Assembly (NCBI GenBank): GCA_964350735.1
Contig: CAYGKO010000001.1
Coordinates: 310,578-374,577 of the forward strand
Length of the DNA stretch: 64,000 nucleotides
Reading direction: 5' to 3'
Origin: an uncultured Candidatus Saccharibacteria bacterium
GTDB lineage: Bacteria > Patescibacteriota > Minisyncoccia > Phycocordibacterales > UBA918
Positions 57,011 through 64,000 of the stretch are shown piece by piece; position 1 is the stretch's first letter, and every line of letters begins with the position of its first letter. The translations under genes and the position numbers were made by a program. The notes below the pieces were generated by a model, which was not told the DNA's origin, did no database searches, and was given only the letters and a program-made list of their open reading frames with translations.

Positions 57011-57610
57011 CTAATGGGCAATCGCGAGACAAAGAACAGAATAATTTTTAGAAGTTAGTACGGCGCGCTTTGCAGCCCCAAGAGTCGCTCCGGTAGTGAC
57101 GACATCGTCACAAATAATAAGTTGTTTTATGGGAGGAGAGCTTTTTAGTTTAAACACAGCTCTTGTTTCCATATTTTTAATCCGCTCTTGCCGTGACAAA
57201 TTAGCTTGTGGGGGTGTGTGTTGAGGGCGTTCAAGTAGTGGTTCTATTGGATTAGAGATCTTTGTACCACCAGTTAAAATGGAAGTGACCTGGTTGTGAC
57301 CTCTTTCCCTAAGTCTTTGTGCGGAGAGCGGGACTGGAACTAATAGGAGAGCGGTCTTTTGGTGTGTTGTAAGGTAGTGTGCAATGATTCCATGTAACAG
57401 TTTTTGAGCGTGCTTGTTATCGTAAAATTTAGCCTCAACAACACAAGCTCGAACTGCAGGGTGCTTATACGGGAGTAGCGCGATCCAGTTTGGTGTAACG
57501 ACTGGTTGTACCAGCTTGCGTAGATCCTCTATGGTTGTTTTTGAAACAATGAGAGCGGTACTCCGTTTTGGGAGTATGATTGCCCACAAAGATGCGATAA
57601 AAGTAAACAT
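57011..57610 (-). CDS. ComF-family phosphoribosyltransferase-domain protein (competence protein ComFC-like)
   Basis: PRTase motif LIICDDVVTTGATL. Confidence 0.65.
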   Translation of the reverse strand: MFTFIASLWAIILPKRSTALIVSKTTIEDLRKLVQPVVTPNWIALLPYKHPAVRACVVEAKFYDNKHAQKLLHGIIAHYLTTHQKTALLLVPVPLSAQRLRERGHNQVTSILTGGTKISNPIEPLLERPQHTPPQANLSRQERIKNMETRAVFKLKSSPPIKQLIICDDVVTTGATLGAAKRAVLTSKNYSVLCLAIAH

Positions 57611-57646
57611 TTTTTAGTACTGTAGCATGCTAGAATATGAAATAAA

Positions 57647-58738
57647 TTGAGTATGGATTTTTCGCTATCTAACCTTCTCACAACACTTAAGAAACAAGCC
57701 GGAGCCACAGACTCGAAAGTGGTTGGTATTGATTTGGGGAGCTCGTCAATCAAAGTAGTTGAGTTAGAAAATACGGATCGTGCCATCACCTTAAAAACCT
57801 ATGGCGAGTTGCAATTGGGCCCTTATGGAGAAACAGACCTAGGAAGTACAGTGCAACTGAGTGAAGAAAAGCGCATTGAAGCATTAGTTGATGTACTCCG
57901 GGAGGCGAATGTGAAAGCTAAAGCTGGAGTTCTGGCGATGCCATTATCGTCTAGTTTTGTGGTTACCATCCCGTTGACGATTGGCCAAGACGAAGATATT
58001 GAGAACAAGATCCCAATAGAGGCACGCAAATATATACCGGTTCCATTGAGTGATGTGATTTTAGATTGGACAGAGCTTCCAGTACATGGAAATACTGAAT
58101 CATCGGTACATGAGGTTTTGCTTGCAGCTATTCAGACAGATGAACTGGCGACACTCAATAGTATTATGCGTGCAGTCAGTATGAGTTCTCAACCTTCAGA
58201 AATTGAAGTCTTTAGTGCAGTGCGCGCTATTCAAAAACCCGGTGTTGCTACTACTGTCATTATTGATATGGGGGCTCAGGTGACTAAGTTATACATCGCT
58301 AATGACGGTGTGTTAGAACGAATCCATCGGGTGTCAGTTGGTGGCACCTCAATCACAAACAAACTCGCACAACTGTTACAGGTTTCATTTCAAGAGGCTG
58401 AGAATATGAAGCGAAGCAAAGAGTTGCAACCTGAAGTCAAACAAGAGCTCGACAAAGTGACCTCGAGTACATTAAGTGGTGCCTTGCAAGAATTCAAGCG
58501 TATTATCGATCAATATGAAAGTCGCACTTCACTACAGATTTCAACTGTGGTGCTGGTGGGTGGGGTAGCTCAAATGTCAGGTGTCGCTAGTGTGGCGCGT
58601 GAAGTGCTGGGGCGAGATGTCCAGATTGGTAACGCGTTTGATAAAGTAGCGTATCCAGCATTTATGGAAGATACGCTGAAAGAAATCGGTCCAAATTTCG
58701 CTGTGAGTTTAGGGGCCGCTCTTCGAGCGCTCGAGTAG
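57647..58738 (+). CDS. pilM: Type IV pilus assembly protein PilM (actin-like ATPase fold)
   Basis: VVGIDLGSSSIKVVEL N-terminal phosphate-1 motif and a C-terminal VVLVGGVAQMSG. Confidence 0.8.
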   Translation: MSMDFSLSNLLTTLKKQAGATDSKVVGIDLGSSSIKVVELENTDRAITLKTYGELQLGPYGETDLGSTVQLSEEKRIEALVDVLREANVKAKAGVLAMPLSSSFVVTIPLTIGQDEDIENKIPIEARKYIPVPLSDVILDWTELPVHGNTESSVHEVLLAAIQTDELATLNSIMRAVSMSSQPSEIEVFSAVRAIQKPGVATTVIIDMGAQVTKLYIANDGVLERIHRVSVGGTSITNKLAQLLQVSFQEAENMKRSKELQPEVKQELDKVTSSTLSGALQEFKRIIDQYESRTSLQISTVVLVGGVAQMSGVASVAREVLGRDVQIGNAFDKVAYPAFMEDTLKEIGPNFAVSLGAALRALE

Positions 58739-58791
58739 TCTGTCCACATCAGGATACAATATTACTCTAGAAGCATCGTATACTATCTCTA

Positions 58792-59613
58792 ATGGCACAG
58801 ACAGGATCTTTTATTCCCAAGCAGGCGAAACCAGTAGCGTCACGCACTCGTACTGTACGAAAAGTATACTTATTTAGCTACATCAGCTACGTTGTATTTT
58901 TTGGAACACTGTTAGTGGTAGCTGCTCTGTTTGTATACGAAGTGCAAATAAATAAAAATTTAAATAATCAAAAATCAGCACTGATCGCAGAGCGCGAGAG
59001 TTTTAGTCAAAGTGATATTGAAAGAGTTCGTGAATTTGAGGCAAGACTGCTGACTGCAAATATGTTGTTTTCTCAGCATGCAGCTGTTTCAGTGCTGCTT
59101 GAAGGGTTTGAGAAGACAGTTCTTGAGAATGTTCAATTTAATAACTTTAGCTTCTTACGTGAACCTGATGGTACGTATGTAGCGAGTGCAGAAGGAGTAA
59201 CGTCAGACTTTGATTCATTGTTGTTCCAGCGACAAGTACTAAAAGAAGATGATTTGTTTTCTCAATCTGAAATCTCCAACATCGGATTCAGTTCGACCGA
59301 GGATGAGGATAGTGCTTCAAGCGAATCTCGTATTTCATTTACATTAAAAAAAGTCGTCACTCCAGCAGAAATTTCATATATGAATATAGCTGCAGCGCAA
59401 GCAAACGCACCAGAATCTACTGACGACAGTCTGTCCGCATCGCTTGCAGATGACACGGTGCTTTTTGACCAAGTGAATGAAGATGTAGTTGAATTCGCAG
59501 AAGATTTTTCTGATACAGCACAAGACACAGGATTTTTTGAAGATGGTTTTGCTGAAACACCGGATGCTAATGTAAATGACCAGATGGATCAATTTAACCA
59601 AAATCAGCAATAG
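58792..59613 (+). CDS. PilN-like membrane protein with an acidic C-terminal extension
   Basis: Single N-terminal TM helix, periplasmic coiled coil, position immediately after pilM, and a D/E/Q-rich tail. Confidence 0.45.
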   Translation: MAQTGSFIPKQAKPVASRTRTVRKVYLFSYISYVVFFGTLLVVAALFVYEVQINKNLNNQKSALIAERESFSQSDIERVREFEARLLTANMLFSQHAAVSVLLEGFEKTVLENVQFNNFSFLREPDGTYVASAEGVTSDFDSLLFQRQVLKEDDLFSQSEISNIGFSSTEDEDSASSESRISFTLKKVVTPAEISYMNIAAAQANAPESTDDSLSASLADDTVLFDQVNEDVVEFAEDFSDTAQDTGFFEDGFAETPDANVNDQMDQFNQNQQ

Positions 59614-59615
59614 TT

Positions 59616-60230
59616 ATGGCTTACCGTTCAATCACACAAATTATATTGCTCGTCATTGCATTGGTGGTTATTTTTTCGTACATAAAGCCAAAGATGGCGG
59701 AAATAAAAGTAGTGCAAGATGAGGTAGTGCAATACGAGGAGGCGGTGAATAAAGCAACTGAATTTAATATGCTACTCTCATCGCTTTTGACGAAGAGTGC
59801 TGACTTTACGCAAGAAGAAGTCAAAGCATTAGAACGATATGTGCCTGGCGATCAAGATATGGTTTCTGTGGCACGAGATTTAAATATTATCGCAGATCGA
59901 GCTGGAGTGGCCTTTGTTTCAGTTGGATTGGAAGAAGTTAGAGAAACGACTGGTCGGAGTGCTCGTTCAGGAGCACAAGGTGCGAATGAAGATGCTGTTG
60001 GTAATGATCTTGTCAGTCAAGAAATTACCGTTTCCATTTCAGGAACGTACATAAATAGTAAAGAGTTCATTAAGCTTGTCGAAAGCAATGCGTATCCGCT
60101 TGAATTGATCTCACTAGAGCTAAACGGAAATGGATCAGAAGGGGCTGAGTCTCTCGAGCTGATTTCAGAAGAAGCGGAGTATAGCTTTACGCTCGTATAT
60201 GAAACATATAGCCTAAATACACAAATATAA
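59616..60230 (+). CDS. PilO-like membrane protein
   Basis: N-terminal TM helix, coiled coil, and position in the pilMNO block. Confidence 0.45.
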   Translation: MAYRSITQIILLVIALVVIFSYIKPKMAEIKVVQDEVVQYEEAVNKATEFNMLLSSLLTKSADFTQEEVKALERYVPGDQDMVSVARDLNIIADRAGVAFVSVGLEEVRETTGRSARSGAQGANEDAVGNDLVSQEITVSISGTYINSKEFIKLVESNAYPLELISLELNGNGSEGAESLELISEEAEYSFTLVYETYSLNTQI

Positions 60231-60232
60231 GT

Positions 60233-60529
60233 ATGAGTTCCTTAATCAAAAATACCTTAATCCTGGGAGGGCTACTAGTTTTAGCTGGACTGGGTTACTA
60301 CCTCTTTGTTATTAACAGTTCAAGTGTTATTCAAGTTAATAATGAACAAGTTTCACTCCAAGCGGAAGCAGAAACTCAGGATTTCCTTCGGCGCCTTAAT
60401 GAACTAAAGACAATTGAATTATCAAGTTCATTGTTTACAGGGACTGACTTTTTACGTTTAGTAGACTACACCACTCCAATTCAACCTCAAACAATCGGAA
60501 GAGACGATCCCTTTAAACCAGTATTCTAA
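60233..60529 (+). CDS. Small membrane-anchored protein (possible PilP-like)
   Basis: 98-aa ORF with an N-terminal TM helix, lying between pilO and pilB. Confidence 0.3.
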   Translation: MSSLIKNTLILGGLLVLAGLGYYLFVINSSSVIQVNNEQVSLQAEAETQDFLRRLNELKTIELSSSLFTGTDFLRLVDYTTPIQPQTIGRDDPFKPVF

Positions 60530-60535
60530 ATCGTT

Positions 60536-62332
60536 ATGGATTTATTGGATGCACTTAAGTCAAAAAGCCTGATCACAGAAGATGTGTTCTCAGCTGCTGC
60601 CGAAAAAGTTACTGAAGGCATGACAGAAGAGGCTGCCTTGCTTAGCTTGGATGTTTCTGCTGATTTAGTACGGGAAGAGCAGGCTTCATACTATGGACTA
60701 GCTCCGTACAAACCCGCTGAAACAGAATCCATTGCTGAAGAGATTTTAAATTACCTGTCTGAAGATTCTGCCCGTCACTATAAAATTGTTCCTTTGAGAA
60801 TCGATGAGGGAGTTCTATTGGTTGCGACTAATGATCCAGAGAGTTTACAGATCCGCGAGGTATTAAACTTCGTTAGTACAAAACACAATGTTCCGTATAA
60901 ATTAGTTTTTGTACTAGAAAATGATCTTGATGCACTTTTGAGTGCATACGACTCATTGACTGGTGAAGTAGGGCAAGCATTAACGTCTCTCGAAACAGAG
61001 CTAGATCAAGAGATTGCAGAAAAACAAAAAGAGAAGCCTGGAGGGAATAAAGCCCAGGAACACATTGAAGAAGATGCTCCGGTAACAAAAATTGTAGCAA
61101 CTATTCTCAGATATGCAGTTGATGGCGGCGCTTCTGATATTCACGTTGAGCCGTTTGATGATCAGATTCGAGTTCGCTTTCGGGTTGATGGTGATTTACA
61201 AACTAGTTTGCAGCTGCCAAAAAATGTACAGTCAGCAGTTGTGGCCCGAGTAAAAATTCTGTCTTCTATGCGTTTAGATGAGCGGCGCAAGCCACAAGAT
61301 GGGCGCTTCTCAGCAACCTTTGATGGCAGAAAGATTGATTTTCGGGTGTCTGTATTACCTACCAGTCACGGCGAGAAGGTCGTGATGCGTATTTTGGATA
61401 ATTCGCGGGGAGTGACCTCACTTGAAGACACGGGGATTTCTGCTTCCCATATGGAGGTGATCAAGCGAGTGGTGAAAGAACCTTACGGAATCATTCTTAT
61501 CTCTGGTCCAACTGGTTCTGGTAAATCCACAACTTTGTATTCAATGCTTGGGGAAGTAGATAAACTTTCTAAGAACGTACTTTCACTAGAAGATCCAGTT
61601 GAGTACAACATCGAGGGTGTTAGCCAATCGCAAGTGCGGCCAGAAATTGGTTATACGTTTGCGCATGGATTACGTTCGGCTCTTCGGCAAGATCCAGATA
61701 TTATTATGGTTGGTGAGATTCGAGATAAAGAGACTGCGCAGCTGGCAATTCAGGCGGCACTAACTGGGCACTTGGTGTTTTCTACCATTCACACTAATAA
61801 TTCGATTGGAGTAATTCCTCGTTTGATAGATATGGGTGTTGATCCCTATCTTATTGCTCCAACTCTAAAGTTGGCGATTGCACAACGACTAGCCCGTCGT
61901 ATTTGCCCTGGAACAGGAAAGGAAATGCCGGTTGAAGGATCGGTAAAAATGATGATGGAGAAAGAATTTGAAACTTTGCCAGAACAATATCGCGATGTTA
62001 TTCCAACTAGTAATACTGTTCTTCATCCAGAACCATCAGCTGGTTGTGCATCAGGAACCAAAGGTCGGGTGGCTGTCATGGAAACATTGCAAATCAGTCC
62101 TGAAATTGAAAACATGATTTTAACCGGTGGTTCTGAAGAAGATATTTACAACGCAGCTAGGAAGCAAGGCTTCACTAGTATGAAAGAGGATGCGATCATC
62201 AAGGCCTTAAATCACGTCATTCCGTACGAGGAAGTGAATACTTTTGGTACTAAAGTTGGAAAAGATAATGTACTTAATGAAACGCACTCGCCTGTCGATA
62301 ACCTAGAAGAAGACGCTGCGAGTGACGTATAA
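60536..62332 (+). CDS. pilB: Type IV pilus assembly ATPase PilB (GspE family)
   Basis: N-terminal T2SE_N domain, Walker A GPTGSGKSTT, Asp box, and a zinc-binding CPGTG...C region. Confidence 0.9.
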   Translation: MDLLDALKSKSLITEDVFSAAAEKVTEGMTEEAALLSLDVSADLVREEQASYYGLAPYKPAETESIAEEILNYLSEDSARHYKIVPLRIDEGVLLVATNDPESLQIREVLNFVSTKHNVPYKLVFVLENDLDALLSAYDSLTGEVGQALTSLETELDQEIAEKQKEKPGGNKAQEHIEEDAPVTKIVATILRYAVDGGASDIHVEPFDDQIRVRFRVDGDLQTSLQLPKNVQSAVVARVKILSSMRLDERRKPQDGRFSATFDGRKIDFRVSVLPTSHGEKVVMRILDNSRGVTSLEDTGISASHMEVIKRVVKEPYGIILISGPTGSGKSTTLYSMLGEVDKLSKNVLSLEDPVEYNIEGVSQSQVRPEIGYTFAHGLRSALRQDPDIIMVGEIRDKETAQLAIQAALTGHLVFSTIHTNNSIGVIPRLIDMGVDPYLIAPTLKLAIAQRLARRICPGTGKEMPVEGSVKMMMEKEFETLPEQYRDVIPTSNTVLHPEPSAGCASGTKGRVAVMETLQISPEIENMILTGGSEEDIYNAARKQGFTSMKEDAIIKALNHVIPYEEVNTFGTKVGKDNVLNETHSPVDNLEEDAASDV

Positions 62333-62335
62333 TAA

Positions 62336-62704
62336 GTGAATATGAAGATCTTGCTTGTTGACGATGACGCATTCTTGCGTGATATGTATGCAACTAAATT
62401 TACTGAAGCGGGTCACGAGGTTTTAGTTGCGTCAGGTGGGCAAGCGGGACTTGTTTCAATTGATGAGAACGGTCCGTTTGATGTTATCTTACTTGATATG
62501 GTTATGCCGGGCTTGAGTGGAGTAGATTTCTTAAAAGAGATTAAGCTCCGTGATGATACTGCTGCAACAAAATGTATAGTGCTATCAAACCAAGGGGAGG
62601 AGAGTGATAAAAAAGCTGCTACAGACGCTGGCGCAGCCGGGTATATCGTAAAGGCAGAATCAATTCCTAGTGAAGTAGTAGCCCAAGTTGAAAGTTCAAT
62701 ATAA
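62336..62704 (+). CDS. Response regulator receiver protein (PilH-like)
   Basis: DDD acidic pocket (LLVDDDAF...D) and the phospho-acceptor Asp in ILLDMVMPG. Confidence 0.75.
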   Translation: MNMKILLVDDDAFLRDMYATKFTEAGHEVLVASGGQAGLVSIDENGPFDVILLDMVMPGLSGVDFLKEIKLRDDTAATKCIVLSNQGEESDKKAATDAGAAGYIVKAESIPSEVVAQVESSI

Positions 62705-62707
62705 TTT

Positions 62708-63778
62708 ATGACAAAAGTTGATTACAAAAAAGAATTAAAAGATTTAGTTGATATTGTCATTTCAGAATCTGGTTCAGACCTACACTTATCGGTAGGGTCT
62801 CATCCGATGATTCGGGTATCTGGTTCACTTATTCCACTCGTCAAAAAACCAGTATTAACTAATGAAGATGTGGGCGGTTTTTTAGAGGCTATGATGACAG
62901 CTGATCAATACGCTGCTTTTCAAGACAGATTAGAGCTCGACTTTTCATATGCACACGGAGAAGAGGTTCGTTTCCGAGGTAATGCTTTTTATGAGAGGGG
63001 ACAGATGTCAGCCGCACTGCGACATATCCCTAACACCATTCGAACTCTAGAAGATTTGGCGTTACCTCCAATCTTGGAAAGCTTCGCCCTACGACCACAA
63101 GGATTCTTCCTGTGTGTGGGGCCGGTTGGTCAGGGAAAATCAACCACCCTAGCGGCTATGGTACAGCTGGTCAATGACAATAGGTCAGATCATATTATTA
63201 CTATCGAAGACCCGATCGAGTATGTCTTTACCGCTAATCAATCACTCATCGATCAGCGAGAAGTTCGGGTAGACACTAAGGACTTTGGGGTTGCTCTGCA
63301 TTCTGCTCTACGACAAGATGTGGATGTGATTATGGTAGGAGAGATGCGTAATCCTGAAACGATTGCGACAGCGGTAACGGCAGCAGAGACTGGTCACTTG
63401 GTGCTCTCAACGCTGCACACTAATAGCGCAGCCCAAACCATTGACCGTATTATTGATAGTTTCCCAGCTGGTCAACAAGATCAGATCAGGGTTCAGCTAG
63501 CGGGCTCTTTGGCTGGAATATTCTCACAGCGTCTGATTCCTCGTATTTCTGGTGGGATGGTTCCTGCGTATGAATTACTGATTAATAACAGTGCTGTTTC
63601 AAACCTAATCCGTGAACATCGAACTCACGAAATTCAAACGGTGATTGAGACTGGTTTAGAGCACGGCATGATTGACATGAATCGATCGCTCGTCGACTTG
63701 GTAAAGAAGGGTGAGATCACGGTAGAGAATGCATTTGCGTATTCCATTAATCCTAAAGGTCTGGAACGACTAATGTAA
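62708..63778 (+). CDS. pilT: Twitching motility ATPase PilT
   Basis: Walker A GPVGQGKSTT, Asp box, and the His box GHLVLSTLHTN. Confidence 0.9.
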   Translation: MTKVDYKKELKDLVDIVISESGSDLHLSVGSHPMIRVSGSLIPLVKKPVLTNEDVGGFLEAMMTADQYAAFQDRLELDFSYAHGEEVRFRGNAFYERGQMSAALRHIPNTIRTLEDLALPPILESFALRPQGFFLCVGPVGQGKSTTLAAMVQLVNDNRSDHIITIEDPIEYVFTANQSLIDQREVRVDTKDFGVALHSALRQDVDVIMVGEMRNPETIATAVTAAETGHLVLSTLHTNSAAQTIDRIIDSFPAGQQDQIRVQLAGSLAGIFSQRLIPRISGGMVPAYELLINNSAVSNLIREHRTHEIQTVIETGLEHGMIDMNRSLVDLVKKGEITVENAFAYSINPKGLERLM

Positions 63779-63780
63779 TA

Positions 63781-64000
63781 TGCTTTTTTCCTATAAAGCA
63801 ATCGATCAGAATAATGCTTCCCGTGAAGGGACAGTAGAAGCGGCTAACGTTGACGCGGCTATTTCTACGGTACAGAAACGTGGATACACGGTGGTATCCA
63901 TTGATCCTATCGATACTAATAAAAATATTTTAAATCTTGAAATTACTTGGTTTCAGTCTATTTCAAACAAAGAACTGGTGATTCTTTCCCGTCAAATTGC
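63781..64000 (+). CDS. pilC: Type IV pilus platform protein PilC (GspF family), 3'-partial at the window edge
   Basis: The N-terminus MLFSYKAIDQNNASREGTVEAANVDAAISTVQKRGYTVVSI matches the PilC/GspF N-terminal domain pattern. Confidence 0.7.

Noticed and set aside
1-64000. CRISPR arrays / cas genes
   Set aside because: No short regularly spaced direct repeats and no Cas protein motifs were seen on either strand.

Overview
This window appears to come from a low-GC bacterium with a small, gene-dense genome. Several tRNAs lack an encoded CCA, and a type IV pilus/ComF cluster suggests a Patescibacteria/Saccharibacteria-like organism, but taxonomy cannot be established from sequence alone. Three blocks are visible.

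(1) 1-16.5 kb is a housekeeping core: 5'-truncated FtsH, a 1332-aa acidic secreted repeat protein, a MacAB-like ABC exporter with HlyD adaptor, a tRNA with a UAU anticodon on the minus strand, RecG, a GtrA-like protein, malic enzyme, an ACP-like protein and tRNA-Ser(GCU).

(2) About 16.5-50.4 kb is a composite mobile/accessory region inserted at the 3' end of a class-II (Ser-type) tRNA. A 42-bp direct repeat reproduces the tRNA 3' end plus a 'GCACGAGACACTATCG' core at 16938-16979 and again at 49027-49068. Inside are: a Cu/Zn resistance island (DsbA-like, DUF3105, DUF305 x2, M23 peptidase, P1B-ATPase, rhodanese, PAP2, Lnt-like, ZIP, CDF, CsoR, glutaredoxin-MauE, DUF411, multicopper oxidase) flanked by two paralogous small Cys/Met membrane proteins; two large serine recombinases; a phage-satellite-like module (Ltp superinfection-exclusion protein, TerL, TerS-like, ParB-methyltransferase); a LexA-like S24 repressor immediately upstream of a three-gene operon encoding a cGAS/DncV-like (SMODS-type) nucleotidyltransferase plus two multi-pass membrane proteins (a minimal CBASS-like candidate defence system); and a ~6.8 kb element bounded by ~100-nt direct repeats carrying a serine recombinase, a phiX-type HUH Rep, a two-gene hypothetical pair and a higher-GC protein with an RNA polymerase alpha-CTD-like domain. 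This is followed by single-gene cassettes separated by the same core motif.

(3) 50.4-64 kb is core again: YhhQ-like, DUF1294, RecQ, an acidic secreted protein, Fur/Zur with two tandem 16-bp operators plus a ZIP transporter, a two-component system, ComF, and the type IV pilus cluster PilM/N/O/(P)/B, a receiver protein, PilT and a partial PilC.

All annotations are by eye from motifs. No database search was run.
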